This document shows, in pieces, positions 10,429 to 22,133 of a stretch of DNA of 64,000 nucleotides. The notes beneath the pieces are model-generated. The model searched no databases, was not told the origin of the DNA, and saw only the letters and a list, made by a program, of their open reading frames with translations. Each line of letters opens with the position of its first letter. The first letter of the stretch is position 1. Both the position numbers and the translations under genes were made by a program. This stretch comes from a bacterium (GTDB lineage: Bacteria > Patescibacteriota > Saccharimonadia > Saccharimonadales > UBA4665): positions 9,583 to 73,582 of the forward strand of contig JAJYZG010000001.1 of assembly GCA_021800155.1 (NCBI GenBank), given 5' to 3'.

Positions 10429-10836
10429 ATGCCAACAATGAACCAATTGGTCCGCAAGCCGCGAACTAGAAGCGAGCATAAGAGTAAATCGCCCGCTATG
10501 CAACGCGTAGTTAATAATCTTAAGACGACGAACTATGAAAAGCACGCGCCATTCAAAAGAGGTGTCTGCGTTAAAGTCACAACAAAGACACCAAAAAAAC
10601 CTAATTCGGCCTTACGAAAAGTTGCCAGAGTACGTTTGACCAATGGTTATGAGGTATGGGCATATATTGGTGGCGAAGGCCATAATTTACAAGAGCATGC
10701 TGTGGTGCTTGTTCGCGGCGGACGAGTCAAGGATTTACCAGGAGTCCGATATCATATTGTTCGCGGGTCACTGGACCTGCAGGGCGTGAATAATCGTAAA
10801 CAAGGTCGTTCAAAATACGGAGCAAAGAAGGCTTAA
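10429..10836 (+). CDS. rpsL: 30S ribosomal protein S12
   Basis: [23 protein letters not shown]. Confidence 0.99.
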   Translation: MPTMNQLVRKPRTRSEHKSKSPAMQRVVNNLKTTNYEKHAPFKRGVCVKVTTKTPKKPNSALRKVARVRLTNGYEVWAYIGGEGHNLQEHAVVLVRGGRVKDLPGVRYHIVRGSLDLQGVNNRKQGRSKYGAKKA

Positions 10837-10841
10837 GCATT

Positions 10842-11318
10842 ATGCCAAGAAAGAAGACGAAAACACTAACTCGAGACATACAGCCGGACCGTTTGTATAA
10901 CAGTGTAGAAGTCCAGCGCCTAATCAATCGGGTAATGCTGAACGGTAAAAAACAGCTAGCTGAGCGCCTGGTATATACCGGTATGCAAACAGCTGCCGAA
11001 AAGCTAAAGATAGATAATCCCATCGAAGTTTTTGAACAGGCTTATCGAAACATTCAGCCACATCTAGAAACCCGATCTAGGAGAGTGGGTGGAGCTAATT
11101 TTCAGATTCCGTTTGAAGTTAAGGGTCAGCGTCAAACACATTTAACAATTATGTGGCTAGTGCAGGCAGCGCGAGCCCGCAAAGGTATGAGCATGGCAAA
11201 CCGTTTAGCGGCTGAGCTGCAGGATGCCTATTCGGGTCAAGGAGCAGCAGTTAAAAAGCGTGAGGACACTCACAGAATGGCAGAAGCAAATCGGGCTTTT
11301 GCGCATTTTGCACGCTAA
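10842..11318 (+). CDS. rpsG: 30S ribosomal protein S7
   Basis: SRRVGGA, HRMAEANRAFAHF. Confidence 0.99.
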   Translation: MPRKKTKTLTRDIQPDRLYNSVEVQRLINRVMLNGKKQLAERLVYTGMQTAAEKLKIDNPIEVFEQAYRNIQPHLETRSRRVGGANFQIPFEVKGQRQTHLTIMWLVQAARARKGMSMANRLAAELQDAYSGQGAAVKKREDTHRMAEANRAFAHFAR

Positions 11319-11338
11319 TTTAAAGGATTAATTGATTT

Positions 11339-13423
11339 ATGGCAGCTAAAATATACCCGATTGAAAAATTGCGAAATATCGGTATTATTGCGCACATTGA
11401 CGCCGGCAAAACAACCACTACCGAAGGTATTCTTTACCGTACTGGTTTGAAACACAAAATCGGCGAAGTACATGAAGGCGATACTACAACGGATTGGATG
11501 GAGCAGGAGCGGGAGCGGGGTATTACTATAGTTTCAGCGGCAGTGACATGTTACTGGAAAGATCACCAGATCAACATCATCGATACACCTGGACACATAG
11601 ATTTTACGGTCGAAGTCGAACGATCACTGAGAGTATTGGACGGTGCAGTTGTCGTATTCGACGGCAAAATGGGCGTCGAAAGTCAAAGTGAAACAGTATG
11701 GCGTCAGGCAGATAAATATAATGTTCCACGGATCTGCTTTATAAATAAAATTAATCAAACCGGCGGAGATTTTTACAAGTCGCTCGAGTCAATCCATAAT
11801 CGCTTAAACAGACTTGCGTTCCCGATTCACTTACCTATCGGATTCGAACAGTCGATTAATGGCGTAGTAGATTTGATTAGCATGCAAAGCTATAGCTACA
11901 AGGACTATGCCGATCATGAACTTAGTGTCGGCGAAATACCAGACAATATGCTTGACGATGCAAAGCGGTACCGTTCGCTACTAATTGAAAATGCGGTTGC
12001 CGAGGACGAAGCAATGCTGGAAAAGTACCTGGAGACCGGAGAGGATGGCTTAAGCGAGGACGAAATCCGTCAAGCCGTCAGAGCAGCAACATTATCCGGG
12101 AAGTTTTTTCCTGTTACTGGCGGCGACGGACGCGGCGTCATAGTAGAGAAAGTACTGGATTTAATAACTGAGCTTTTGCCGAGCCCGGTAGAGCGTGGTT
12201 CTACTTGGGGTAAACACCCTAAAACGGGGGATGAAATCGAGCGTAAACCAAGTATATCGGAACCATTTTCAGCTTTGGCATTCAAGATTGCGACGGACCC
12301 GTTTGTCGGAAAGTTGGCATATTTTAGAGTTTATTCAGGTAAAGTTATCGCTGGGTCGTATATTTTAAACAGTTCGACCAATCAAAAAGAACGGGTTGGA
12401 CGCATTGTTCGCATGCAGGCTGACAAGCGCGAGGATGTCAGTGAGGTTAAAGCCGGAGACATTGCGGCAATTGTCGGACTTAAGGGCACCACTACAGGCC
12501 ATACATTATGCGATCCAAATAGTCCAATACTACTGGAAAGCATAACCTTTCCTGATCCTCCGGTATCCATTGCGATTGAACCGAAAACCAAGGCCGATCA
12601 GGAAAAAATGGGTCAAGCATTACAACGTTTAGCGGAAGAAGACCCGACTTTTCGTATCCGGGTAGATGATGAGACCGGCCAAACGATTATTTCTGGAATG
12701 GGAGAGTTGCACCTAGAGATAATTGTTGATCGAATGCGCCGCGAGTTTAATGTCGAGGCAAGTGTCGGACAGCCTCAAGTAGCCTATCGCGAAACAATTC
12801 GCAAGTTCGGCGTTGAGGCTCAAGGAAAATACATCCGTCAATCCGGCGGCCGTGGACAGTATGGCGATGTTTGGTTAAGGTTATCTACAAAGGAAACCGG
12901 TACTGGGTTCGAGTTTATTAACTCAATTAAAGGTGGCGTAGTACCGAGTGAATACGTTCCTGCTGTCAAAAAAGGCATCGAAGAAGCAATGAACAACGGA
13001 GTGATAGCCGGTTACCCCGTAGTCGACATTAAGGTAGAACTTTACGATGGCAGCTACCATGAGGTCGACTCATCCGAGATGGCCTTTTCGATAGCTGGGT
13101 CAATGGCATTTCAGGATGCGTTTAAAAAGGCCGGTCCAGTGCTACTTGAACCGATCATGAAACTAGTGGTTGTTTGTCCCGAAGAATTCATGGGCGATGT
13201 CATTGGTGATCTTAATTCAAAGCGCGGACGCATCGAGGGGATGAACGATCTAGCTGGAGCCACAAAAGAAATTACAGCCTTTGTTCCTCTGGCAGAGTTG
13301 TTTGGCTATACGACTAATCTACGATCAATGACTCAAGGACGCGCCAGTTCTACGATGGAACTTGATCACTACCAAGACGTTCCACCTAACATTACGGAGA
13401 CGCTCATTAACCGTAAGGGTTAA
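11339..13423 (+). CDS. fusA: Elongation factor G (atypical G4/G5 motifs)
   Basis: [40 protein letters not shown]; str operon position. Confidence 0.98.
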   Translation: MAAKIYPIEKLRNIGIIAHIDAGKTTTTEGILYRTGLKHKIGEVHEGDTTTDWMEQERERGITIVSAAVTCYWKDHQINIIDTPGHIDFTVEVERSLRVLDGAVVVFDGKMGVESQSETVWRQADKYNVPRICFINKINQTGGDFYKSLESIHNRLNRLAFPIHLPIGFEQSINGVVDLISMQSYSYKDYADHELSVGEIPDNMLDDAKRYRSLLIENAVAEDEAMLEKYLETGEDGLSEDEIRQAVRAATLSGKFFPVTGGDGRGVIVEKVLDLITELLPSPVERGSTWGKHPKTGDEIERKPSISEPFSALAFKIATDPFVGKLAYFRVYSGKVIAGSYILNSSTNQKERVGRIVRMQADKREDVSEVKAGDIAAIVGLKGTTTGHTLCDPNSPILLESITFPDPPVSIAIEPKTKADQEKMGQALQRLAEEDPTFRIRVDDETGQTIISGMGELHLEIIVDRMRREFNVEASVGQPQVAYRETIRKFGVEAQGKYIRQSGGRGQYGDVWLRLSTKETGTGFEFINSIKGGVVPSEYVPAVKKGIEEAMNNGVIAGYPVVDIKVELYDGSYHEVDSSEMAFSIAGSMAFQDAFKKAGPVLLEPIMKLVVVCPEEFMGDVIGDLNSKRGRIEGMNDLAGATKEITAFVPLAELFGYTTNLRSMTQGRASSTMELDHYQDVPPNITETLINRKG

Positions 13424-14160
13424 GATTTAAGCACGCCAAAGTCTATCTCACCGTACACTGGGTCATATGGTTCACAGGGTACATAGATAGATTCCAATAG
13501 AGCAACGTCAGCTAAAATATCGCGCGCGCGCGCAACGCCATATTGCTCAGTCATATTTACAATGTATCGATTTATATTGTTACTGCCAACATTCATAAAT
13601 CCTAAGTCGAATCCTTTAAACTGAACTTCCGCTACCGCATTGTAAATATTAAGGGTCATATGACCAATTAGATCAATCTTAGAGTCGCATTTTATGCCAT
13701 AGCGCTCTGTACGTAGTTTTCGAATAACACGCGGTGTTTTAGAAATTTCCAGATGCGGTTCGGTTAACACTACACCGCCAAACGGCTGTTCGCGCAAGTC
13801 GTCAATGACTACTGGTACACCGGGCATTATGTCGTCTAGCTTGTCTTCATATACCCTCATATATCCGCTTAAATTAAGGCTCGATCTTCCAAGGTAACGC
13901 AAGTAGGCGCTTGCAACATCACGCGAACTATAGCCTTCCATGCCATGGTTAGCAAATATAGACGCAACACGAAGAGAATACTCTAAGTTTGGAGTAAGTG
14001 CCTTAATCATTAGAGCATTAGTAGCCGCCGACCGCCACGAACTTGAAGATTCTAAATAACGTGAGTAGCGTCCAAGTTTAACCGTGCGCTCGTACACACT
14101 GGTCAATAGATTAAATTCTTCCTGTTTGCGCTTCGCTCGAAAATCTTTGTTACGTCCCAT
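13420..14160 (-). CDS. Hypothetical protein (246 aa), convergent with fusA
   Basis: Long ORF with AGGTGA SD and TATAAT upstream on the minus strand; no recognised motif. Confidence 0.75.
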   Translation of the reverse strand: MGRNKDFRAKRKQEEFNLLTSVYERTVKLGRYSRYLESSSSWRSAATNALMIKALTPNLEYSLRVASIFANHGMEGYSSRDVASAYLRYLGRSSLNLSGYMRVYEDKLDDIMPGVPVVIDDLREQPFGGVVLTEPHLEISKTPRVIRKLRTERYGIKCDSKIDLIGHMTLNIYNAVAEVQFKGFDLGFMNVGSNNINRYIVNMTEQYGVARARDILADVALLESIYVPCEPYDPVYGEIDFGVLKS

Positions 14161-14202
14161 ATCACCTAAGTCTTAATTAAAGAAACATTATACGCCTTTA
14201 CG

Positions 14203-14600
14203 TCAAATAACCTCATACCAAAAGTCCATAGACCTTGCACTAGACAGACTGCTATAGGCGTGTGAGAATGCAAACTCGTTGTTGTAATCAATAGCGGAGA
14301 CGGCATATCTCCTGATTTCGCCTATGAACTTAATGACATAATCTAGCTTAACCAGGTCTCCCGGATAGAGGGGATAGTAATTACCGCGCTTGACTTTAGT
14401 AATCCTAGAGTTGCATTGATGCTCATGCAGCCGGCCACTAGCCGCACTCACGCTTAGCCTGCAGGGTTTAGGCAATCTTTCTTAAACATTAAGGTCATAA
14501 ATGATTCGGCCAATGGTCGAAAGACTTGGATATTTTATGCTATCTTGCTCACTCACTCATGTACTGTAAACAGGACTCCATAACTTTATTTAGCAGTCCG
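14203..14600 (-). pseudogene. Degraded DDE transposase, rve integrase core (IS481/IS3-like)
   Basis: PGDLVKLD...RRYAVSAIDYNNEFAFSHAYSSLSS in the 14203-14475 frame; HTH-like KYPSLSTIGRIIYDL in another frame at ~14490-14540; frameshifts and stops. Confidence 0.7.
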
Positions 14601-14684
14601 TCCAATATGTATCTATACTTGTGCATCTACAGAGTGCCACACATACTACGTTTAGCCTCACCTTGCGTTGGACAAGAGTAACTC

Positions 14685-14713
14685 TTTACAAAGGCAAGTG
14701 ATTTATCTATACT
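14685..14713 (+). promoter_or_regulatory. Promoter of tuf-rpsJ
   Basis: TTTACA-N17-TATACT. Confidence 0.7.
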
Positions 14714-14811
14714 ATGCCCTGTTAAAAAGCGTGGGTCTTTGACGGCTATAACGCTAAAAATATCTATAACCAGCCGAAGTTTCTATACGGCATTAAGGAG
14801 CGACTACAGAA

Positions 14812-15993
14812 ATGGCAACATTTGACCGAAGCAAGCCCCATGTGAACGTTGGTACTATGGGTCATGTCGACCATGGTAAAACCACCCTCACGGCTGCCAT
14901 TACGGCAGTACTTGCAAAACGATTACCAAGCGACGTGAATAAACCTGTACCTTACGATCAAATTGACAAGGCACCAGAAGAGCGGGCTCGCGGTATAACC
15001 ATTGCTACTAGCCACCAAGAATACGAAAGTGAAAAAAGACACTACGCACATGTCGATATGCCGGGTCACGCCGATTACGTCAAAAATATGATTACCGGCG
15101 CCGCTCAGATTGACGGGGCTATATTAGTTGTGAGCGCCGCAGATGGACCAATGCCTCAAACGCGTGAACACGTACTACTCGCACGTCAGGTCGGTGTACC
15201 AAGTATTCTTGTATTTATGAACAAGATGGATTTGGCTGACCAAGAACTAGTCGATTTAGTGGAAGAAGAGATACGTGATCTACTGGCAAAGTATGACTTT
15301 GATCGAGACTGTCCAATAATCCGCGGTTCGGCCACCAAGGCGCTTGACGGTGATAAAGAAAGCGAAGAAGCCATAATGGATCTGGTACATGCTATGGATG
15401 AGTACATACCGGAGCCCGTGCGCGACTTGGACAAACCGTTTCTAATGCCGATTGAGGATGTGTTTTCAATTAAAGGCCGGGGAACCGTTGCTACCGGGCG
15501 GATTGAAACTGGCGTCATAAAGATGAACGATGAAGTTGAAATTGTTGGTATAAGACCGACTACCAAAACAGTAGTGACTGGTATTGAAGCGTTTAAAAAA
15601 CAATTGGACGAAGGACGTGCCGGTGACAATGCAGGTTTGCTGCTACGCGGTATTGAACGCGACGACATTGAAAGAGGTCAAGTGCTGGCCAAGCCGGGCA
15701 GTATCACTCCACACACTGAATTTGAGAGTGAAGTTTACATCCTTACTAAGGAAGAAGGCGGCAGACATACACCTTTCTTCAAGGGATATAAACCTCAGTT
15801 TTACTTTAGAACAACCGACGTAACTGGAGAAGTTGAATTGCCTGCCGATAAGGAAATGGTAATGCCGGGCGACACAGTCACTTTTGGCGTTAAACTACTC
15901 GCACCCATCGCTATGGATCAAGGATTGCGTTTTGCTATCCGAGAGGGCGGACGAACAGTAGGCGCTGGTGTAGTGACAAAAATTGTCAAGTAA
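14812..15993 (+). CDS. tuf: Elongation factor Tu
   Basis: [39 protein letters not shown]. Confidence 0.99.
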   Translation: MATFDRSKPHVNVGTMGHVDHGKTTLTAAITAVLAKRLPSDVNKPVPYDQIDKAPEERARGITIATSHQEYESEKRHYAHVDMPGHADYVKNMITGAAQIDGAILVVSAADGPMPQTREHVLLARQVGVPSILVFMNKMDLADQELVDLVEEEIRDLLAKYDFDRDCPIIRGSATKALDGDKESEEAIMDLVHAMDEYIPEPVRDLDKPFLMPIEDVFSIKGRGTVATGRIETGVIKMNDEVEIVGIRPTTKTVVTGIEAFKKQLDEGRAGDNAGLLLRGIERDDIERGQVLAKPGSITPHTEFESEVYILTKEEGGRHTPFFKGYKPQFYFRTTDVTGEVELPADKEMVMPGDTVTFGVKLLAPIAMDQGLRFAIREGGRTVGAGVVTKIVK

Positions 15994-16005
15994 AGTGTAG
16001 CCTTA

Positions 16006-16332
16006 ATGACTGAAGCAAAGACCGAGACAAAACAGCGGATAAGAATAAGGCTAAAGGCTTATGATCACAAAGTCATCGACCAAGCAGCTAAGCAAATAGT
16101 AGATACCGCACTCAGAACAGGCGCCAATTTAGCAGGACCGATACCGCTTCCGACGCGGCAGTCAACTTTTACGGTCATTAAAAGTCCAAATGTGTTTAAA
16201 AAAAGTCGCGAGCAATTCGAAATGCGTGTACACAAGCGCTTAATTGATGTATTTGAACCAACGCCTAAAACTATTGATAGTTTGATGAATTTGTCGTTAC
16301 CGGCCGGTTGTGATGTAGAGATTAAGATGTAG
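16006..16332 (+). CDS. rpsJ: 30S ribosomal protein S10
   Basis: [25 protein letters not shown]. Confidence 0.99.
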   Translation: MTEAKTETKQRIRIRLKAYDHKVIDQAAKQIVDTALRTGANLAGPIPLPTRQSTFTVIKSPNVFKKSREQFEMRVHKRLIDVFEPTPKTIDSLMNLSLPAGCDVEIKM

Positions 16333-16464
16333 TCTTAAATTGCCTGCTTAAAAATACTTCAATGCATCTAGAGTTACAAATAATTGCAAACCAAAGTGAA
16401 TATACGTGCATCAATACAAAAACACAAAAGGTATACAAAATAGCTATGTAATTTTATCAACGCA

Positions 16465-16493
16465 TTGACAGCTATAAGTTAAATTGCTAATCT
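16465..16493 (+). promoter_or_regulatory. Promoter of the rplC-led cluster
   Basis: TTGACA-N17-TAATCT with extended -10 TG. Confidence 0.75.
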
Positions 16494-16616
16494 ATTACGG
16501 TATCTTTAAGCCAAATAGTTGGCGCTTAAGGCGAGGTATTAGAGGTAGCTAAACAGTATAATGCGCCAACGTTATAATAATCACCCTTAATATACAGGGC
16601 ATCAAGCTGGAATCAA

Positions 16617-17222
16617 ATGAAAGCATTACTTACACATAAGGTCGGCATGACTTCAATAATTACGGAAGATGGATACGTTACGCCGATTACTGTACTGTCA
16701 GCTCGCGATAATATCGTGATTGGTAAGCGAACCTTAGAAAAAGATGGCTATAGTGCCGTTATTGTCGGGACAGACAGGGATGCTAAGATTTCTAAGTCTC
16801 GACAGGGTATACTCAAGCAATCACAGGCCAAGTCAAAGTTAATTCGTGAGTTTAGGCTGGATGACGACACAGCTAATATCGGCGACCATCTTGGTGTCGA
16901 TATTTTTAATATTGGTGACAAAGTAAGCGTTAGCGCAATAAGTAAAGGCAAGGGTTGGGCGGGTACCATCAAGCGCCACGGTTTTCATCGTGGTCGTAAA
17001 ACACACGGCGGAAGAAGCTATCGCCGGGTAGGGTCAATCGGATCAATGTACCCACAACATATTTTAAAAGGTAAAAAAATGGCCGGACGATACGGTGCAA
17101 CGAAAGTCTCGACTAAAGGTCTAAAGATTGCCTATGTTGACGCGAATAATGCTGTCATCGGTGTCGCTGGGGCTGTACCGGGTCCGAATAAAGGACTAGT
17201 AGTCATAAAGGGACAAAAATAA
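16617..17222 (+). CDS. rplC: 50S ribosomal protein L3
   Basis: KVGMT, DGYSAV, SKGKGWAGTIKRH, GAVPG. Confidence 0.98.
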   Translation: MKALLTHKVGMTSIITEDGYVTPITVLSARDNIVIGKRTLEKDGYSAVIVGTDRDAKISKSRQGILKQSQAKSKLIREFRLDDDTANIGDHLGVDIFNIGDKVSVSAISKGKGWAGTIKRHGFHRGRKTHGGRSYRRVGSIGSMYPQHILKGKKMAGRYGATKVSTKGLKIAYVDANNAVIGVAGAVPGPNKGLVVIKGQK

Positions 17223-17875
17223 TGCCTACCGCAACGTATATGAAAAACGGCTCAAAATCCAGTACGCCAGTCAAATTGGATTCCGATATATTCGGCGTAC
17301 ATGAAGTCAATCATCGTTTACTGCAGCAGTCCTATGATTCTTACTTAGCTAATGGCCGGAGTCGGCTAGCGCGAACTAAAACGCGGGGATTGGTTCGCGG
17401 TGGAGGTCGTAAGCCATGGCAACAAAAAGGTTCTGGCCGTGCCAGAGTCGGGTCACGACGCACGCCATTGTGGCGCGGCGGCGGTATAATATTTGGTCCC
17501 ACAGGCAACGAGAACTATGCCAAAAGATTAAGTACTAATGCAAAACGAAAGGCAATTGTCCAAGCATTATCTTCTCACAATCTTAGTGGATCATTGCGAG
17601 TTATTGAATCAATTGGACTCAAGTCCACGAAAACAGCAGAATTGACTAAACTCCTTAAAAAAATGGATGTTAAAGGCTATACTCTGATTGCAACCGACAA
17701 TCTAGACACAAACCTAAAGTTGGCGAGCCGTAATTTAGACAGTGTTAAAACTATCGAAGTCAAATACATTAATATTGCTCGTTTGCTTGATGCTGACACG
17801 GTCATCCTGACAAAACCGGCACTTACTCTACTCAGCGCTTGGCTTAAACCATCTGTCAAGAAAGACCAGGAGTAG
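17222..17875 (+). CDS. rplD: 50S ribosomal protein L4
   Basis: GGGRKPWQQKGSGRARVGS, WRGGGIIFGP. Confidence 0.98.
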   Translation: MPTATYMKNGSKSSTPVKLDSDIFGVHEVNHRLLQQSYDSYLANGRSRLARTKTRGLVRGGGRKPWQQKGSGRARVGSRRTPLWRGGGIIFGPTGNENYAKRLSTNAKRKAIVQALSSHNLSGSLRVIESIGLKSTKTAELTKLLKKMDVKGYTLIATDNLDTNLKLASRNLDSVKTIEVKYINIARLLDADTVILTKPALTLLSAWLKPSVKKDQE

Positions 17876-17878
17876 CTC

Positions 17879-18313
17879 GTGAGTAAACCAACGCTTTTGA
17901 TACCTAGATTAAGTGAAAAAAGCTATGCCCTAAGCGATAGCCGAGTATACGTAATTGATGTTAATCGCTCAGATAATAAACATCAAATTAGACAGGCAAT
18001 AGAAAGCCGGTTTAAGGTAAAAGTCAATAAGGTTAATCTAGTTAATTTATCAGGTAAGCCGAAGCGGACAATTTCGAAGGGTGGTCGACGAGTATCGAGC
18101 GGCAAAGACAATAATATTAAAAAAGCCTATGTCACGTTAGCTGAGGGCTACTCATTGCCATTTTTTAATGCCATCGCGGAAGAGGAAAAGCAAGCCGAAA
18201 AAACTCAAGCCAAGTTCGCAAAACAGCAAGCTAAAGCAGCGGACAAAGAGGATAAGCCTAAAAAACGCTCGATTCGCACTAGAATAGCCAGTAAGTCGGA
18301 GCTAAAGGACTAA
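17879..18313 (+). CDS. rplW: 50S ribosomal protein L23 with C-terminal extension
   Basis: SEKS, NKHQIRQAIE, KKAYVTL; operon position. Confidence 0.95.
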   Translation: MSKPTLLIPRLSEKSYALSDSRVYVIDVNRSDNKHQIRQAIESRFKVKVNKVNLVNLSGKPKRTISKGGRRVSSGKDNNIKKAYVTLAEGYSLPFFNAIAEEEKQAEKTQAKFAKQQAKAADKEDKPKKRSIRTRIASKSELKD

Positions 18314-18315
18314 AT

Positions 18316-19152
18316 ATGGCTATTAAACAGTATAAACCGACAACGAGCTCACGGCGTGGAATGACGAGTCAGGATAATGACAAGCTTGCGAAAACCAGGC
18401 CAGTTCGCTCATTGACTAAAAGCCTAAAACAAAGTCGTGGAAGGAATAATTCCGGCCGAATCACGACTCGTCACAAAGGTGGCGGCAGCCGACGACAATA
18501 CCGACAACTCAGTGTGTCACTACCGGATGGTTTTAAGGGCAAAGTTATACAAATAGAGTACGATCCTAATCGGAGCGCCAGAATAGCTAGAGTAAAGTCT
18601 GAGGTTGGAACCTATCACTACATTATTGCCGCTAACAAGATGCAAACAGGTCAAATCATACATGCCGGGAATGAGTCACCTGTCGACAGCGGTAACCGTA
18701 TGGCGCTAAGTAAAATACCGCTGGGAAGTCTTATCCATGCTATTGAACTGGTTCCCGGACGGGGAGCACAGCTGGTTAGAAGTGCAGGTACTGATGCTCA
18801 ATTAGTCGCCCGGGATGAAAAAAACGCACAGGTTAGATTGCCTAGTGGTGAAGTGCGGTTCATCAGTGTCGAGTGCTGCGCTACTATTGGCTCAATCGGT
18901 AACGAGCAACACCAGAACGTTTTGATCGGAAAAGCCGGACGCAACAGACACAAAGGTATACGTCCGTCGGTTCGCGGAGTAGTCATGAATGCTGTAGACC
19001 ACCCGCATGGCGGAGGTGACGGCGGTCGTCACCGCATGGCTAAAGCACCGCGTACCCCTTGGGGGCAAAAAACTCTGGGACTAAAAACAAGGCACAATAA
19101 GTCGACTAATAAATATATAGTGCACAGCCGTCACGTTGGCAAGAGGAGATAA
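18316..19152 (+). CDS. rplB: 50S ribosomal protein L2
   Basis: [28 protein letters not shown]. Confidence 0.99.
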   Translation: MAIKQYKPTTSSRRGMTSQDNDKLAKTRPVRSLTKSLKQSRGRNNSGRITTRHKGGGSRRQYRQLSVSLPDGFKGKVIQIEYDPNRSARIARVKSEVGTYHYIIAANKMQTGQIIHAGNESPVDSGNRMALSKIPLGSLIHAIELVPGRGAQLVRSAGTDAQLVARDEKNAQVRLPSGEVRFISVECCATIGSIGNEQHQNVLIGKAGRNRHKGIRPSVRGVVMNAVDHPHGGGDGGRHRMAKAPRTPWGQKTLGLKTRHNKSTNKYIVHSRHVGKRR

Positions 19153-19157
19153 AGAAT

Positions 19158-19442
19158 ATGAGTCGTTCACTTAAAAAGGGTCCATTTATTGACTATAAAT
19201 TGAGCAAGAAGATTGCTCAACTGGGCTCTGAGGATCGTACTATCGTCAGAACTTGGGCCCGTGCCTCAACCATCGCGCCGGAATTTGTTGGTCGTACGAT
19301 TGCTGTACATAATGGTCGTGTGCATGTTCCGGTTTTCATTACAGAAAACATGGTCGGTCACAAGTTAGGAGAATTTGCGCCAACCCGCAAGTTTCGCAGT
19401 CACGGCGGTAAATTAGCAAAAGCCGCAAGAGAGGAGAAATAA
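19158..19442 (+). CDS. rpsS: 30S ribosomal protein S19
   Basis: [21 protein letters not shown]. Confidence 0.99.
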   Translation: MSRSLKKGPFIDYKLSKKIAQLGSEDRTIVRTWARASTIAPEFVGRTIAVHNGRVHVPVFITENMVGHKLGEFAPTRKFRSHGGKLAKAAREEK

Positions 19443-19445
19443 TAC

Positions 19446-19868
19446 ATGCCCGCTCAAGCCAGAATAAAGGGTATTAAGCAAAGCCCGCGTAAAGTTGCGG
19501 TAGTAGCGGCGCTTGTACGTGGACGTCGGGTTGACGATGCTATTACGATACTCGAACATACGCCTCGACGCAGTGCGTTGGCAGTCAGAAAAGCAATCGA
19601 GAGTGCGCGAGCAAACGCCGATTATAACCATGGATACAAGCCGGCTAGCTTGCGCATTGTCGAAATTAGCGTAACACCCGGCCCGAGACTAAAAAGAATA
19701 CGCCCTGCCTGGCGCGGCACTGCCAATCCCTACCAAAAAAAGACTTCACATCTTTTGGTTATAGTAGATGGCGAAAAACGACAGTCAAAAAGTAGCACTA
19801 AGCCAGAAAATGATAAGGTCAAAAAATCTGCACACAAGATAGCTCGCACTAAGAAGAAGGAAAGTTAA
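19446..19868 (+). CDS. rplV: 50S ribosomal protein L22 with Lys-rich tail
   Basis: SPRKV, SARANA, GPRLKRIRP, KKTSH. Confidence 0.97.
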   Translation: MPAQARIKGIKQSPRKVAVVAALVRGRRVDDAITILEHTPRRSALAVRKAIESARANADYNHGYKPASLRIVEISVTPGPRLKRIRPAWRGTANPYQKKTSHLLVIVDGEKRQSKSSTKPENDKVKKSAHKIARTKKKES

Positions 19869-19869
19869 T

Positions 19870-20499
19870 ATGGGACAGAAGGTCAATCCTATCAGCATGC
19901 GCCTCCAGGTTAATAAAAACTGGTCAAGCCGATGGTTTGTTGCAAAAAGGAATTACTCAAAATTTCTTGAAGACGATCTAAAAGTAAGACAGCTGATTCA
20001 GCAAAAGTTAGGCTCTCGAGCTGCGATTAACCGAATTGAAATCGCTAGAACACCTAACCTGGTCACGGTTACGATTCATACCGCGAAGGCTGGTGTTGTA
20101 ATTGGTCGAGGTGGTACAGGAGTTCAAGAATTGAAAGACGAAGTAGAAAAAATCTATTCAACTTCAGTCAGGCTTAATATCGAGGAAGTAAAAAAACCGG
20201 AACTCCATGCAAAGCTAGTAGCGGAGAATATTGCACATCAACTTGAACGTCGCATGAGCTTCAGACGAGCAATTAAAAGCGCAAGTGCTGCTACCATACG
20301 AGCTGGAGCTAAAGGAGTCAGGATTGAGGTTAGCGGGCGCTTAAACGGTGCCGAGATGAGTCGCCGCGAAAAAGATAGTTTAGGCTCTGTGCCACTACAT
20401 ACATTAAGGGCCGACATTGACTATGCCTATGTGCCTGCTCATACCAACGCCGGAATCATTGGCGTGAAAGTGTGGATATTTAAAGGCGAGGTAATCTAA
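19870..20499 (+). CDS. rpsC: 30S ribosomal protein S3
   Basis: [25 protein letters not shown]. Confidence 0.99.
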   Translation: MGQKVNPISMRLQVNKNWSSRWFVAKRNYSKFLEDDLKVRQLIQQKLGSRAAINRIEIARTPNLVTVTIHTAKAGVVIGRGGTGVQELKDEVEKIYSTSVRLNIEEVKKPELHAKLVAENIAHQLERRMSFRRAIKSASAATIRAGAKGVRIEVSGRLNGAEMSRREKDSLGSVPLHTLRADIDYAYVPAHTNAGIIGVKVWIFKGEVI

Positions 20500-20501
20500 A
20501 A

Positions 20502-20915
20502 ATGTTAATTCCCGCGAGAACCAAATACCGGAAAGTTAGAAAAGGACGCAACGCAGGAGTTGCAACTTCAGGCAATACTATTGCTTACGGCGATTTCGCC
20601 CTTCAAGCTCAAGGAAATGAACGATTGTCGTCACGGCAGATAGAATCCGCGAGACAGGCGATGACCCGTTACATTAAGCGCGGCGGGAAAATATGGATTA
20701 GGGTTTTCCCGCATATACCGGTCACACGTAAGCCGCAAGACGTCAAAATGGGTAGCGGCAAAGGTAATCCGGAATTTTTTGTAGCTAAGGTGAAACCAGG
20801 AACTATTTTGTTTGAAATGCAGGGAGTGGATGAAACAACAGCGCGTGAAGCAATGCGTCTAGCAGCAAATAAATTGCCGATTAAGACCAGGTTTCTTGTT
20901 CGAGAGGAGTTTTAA
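20502..20915 (+). CDS. rplP: 50S ribosomal protein L16
   Basis: [20 protein letters not shown]. Confidence 0.99.
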   Translation: MLIPARTKYRKVRKGRNAGVATSGNTIAYGDFALQAQGNERLSSRQIESARQAMTRYIKRGGKIWIRVFPHIPVTRKPQDVKMGSGKGNPEFFVAKVKPGTILFEMQGVDETTAREAMRLAANKLPIKTRFLVREEF

Positions 20916-20917
20916 TT

Positions 20918-21118
20918 ATGAAAATTACTGATATTAGAAAGCTTTCGACAGACGAGTTAGCCAAGCAGAGCAGTGTGTTGCGCGATGAGATTGTCGAACT
21001 GAAGCGACAAAAAGCCCTTGGAGAATCTGCTAATGTTAGATTGGTTCGACACAAGCGCAAAGATTTGGCCCGAATGCTAACTGTTTTAAGTGAGCAACTG
21101 GCTAAGGAGAAAATATAA
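20918..21118 (+). CDS. rpmC: 50S ribosomal protein L29
   Basis: RKDLARMLT; operon position. Confidence 0.95.
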   Translation: MKITDIRKLSTDELAKQSSVLRDEIVELKRQKALGESANVRLVRHKRKDLARMLTVLSEQLAKEKI

Positions 21119-21441
21119 TGCCTAAAACAATTATCGGTACGGTTAGTTCGACCTCGCGAAACAAGACAATTACAGTCAAGGTTGTCAGCCGCAGGACTCA
21201 CCCGCTTTACCAAAAACAATACTTAAGCACTAAGAAGTTTACGGCTCATGACGAAAAAAACGAGGCTGAAGTCGGTGACCGCGTGGCAATTATTGAAACT
21301 AGACCATTGAGTGCGTCAAAACATTTTCGCCTTGATCGAATTATTGAGCGAACTGCACTAGAAGCCGCTGCTCTCGCAGTCACACAAGTCGAAGAACCTG
21401 TCCGGACGGCGAAGCCTAACGCCAATAAGGCTAAGTTATGA
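21118..21441 (+). CDS. rpsQ: 30S ribosomal protein S17
   Basis: [19 protein letters not shown]. Confidence 0.97.
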   Translation: MPKTIIGTVSSTSRNKTITVKVVSRRTHPLYQKQYLSTKKFTAHDEKNEAEVGDRVAIIETRPLSASKHFRLDRIIERTALEAAALAVTQVEEPVRTAKPNANKAKL

Positions 21442-21806
21442 TACAGCAAGAAAGCCGGTTGGTAGTTGCAGACAATAGTGGCGCACGTGAGATATTGTGT
21501 ATCCGTGTACTAGGTGGTTCCAAACGACGTTATGCGCGGGTTGGAGATATAATTGTTGCAACAGTTAAAGATGCTAACCCGAACGGAACCGTAAAAAAGA
21601 AGAGTGTAGTTAAGGCAGTCGTGGTACGTACAACTGAGCAAATTCGTCGTAAGGACGGGTCTACAATCAAATTTGATGATAATGCAGCTATTTTAATCAG
21701 TGATGACAAAACACCGCGCGCAACCCGTATATTTGGTCCGGTTCCACGCGAATTACGCGATAAAGGTTACAACCGGATAATAAGTTTAGCTCCAGAGGTA
21801 TTATAG
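21438..21806 (+). CDS. rplN: 50S ribosomal protein L14
   Basis: [25 protein letters not shown]. Confidence 0.99.
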   Translation: MIQQESRLVVADNSGAREILCIRVLGGSKRRYARVGDIIVATVKDANPNGTVKKKSVVKAVVVRTTEQIRRKDGSTIKFDDNAAILISDDKTPRATRIFGPVPRELRDKGYNRIISLAPEVL

Positions 21807-22133
21807 ATGTCAGATAAATATAAAATACGACTGAATAAGGGTGACACCGTAATAGTCATTAGCGGTAAATATAAAGGCAAGACCGGAAAGGTCATTGCAA
21901 CTCATCCTTCAATGAACAAGGTGACGGTCGAAGGTATTAACGTTGTGAAACGTCATTTAAAACCGACTAAGCAATATCCTCAAGGCGGGATTATTGAGCA
22001 GACCCAACCAATTTACATATCCAAGATTGCAATATACGAACCGACACTCAAAACGGCAAGCCGGATTAAATACCAGCTGACCGTCGATGGCAAGAAACGA
22101 GTTTATGCAAAAAGCGGAAAGGATATAAAGTAA
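21807..22133 (+). CDS. rplX: 50S ribosomal protein L24
   Basis: KOW motif GDTVIVISGKYKGKTG, VEGINV. Confidence 0.98.
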   Translation: MSDKYKIRLNKGDTVIVISGKYKGKTGKVIATHPSMNKVTVEGINVVKRHLKPTKQYPQGGIIEQTQPIYISKIAIYEPTLKTASRIKYQLTVDGKKRVYAKSGKDIK

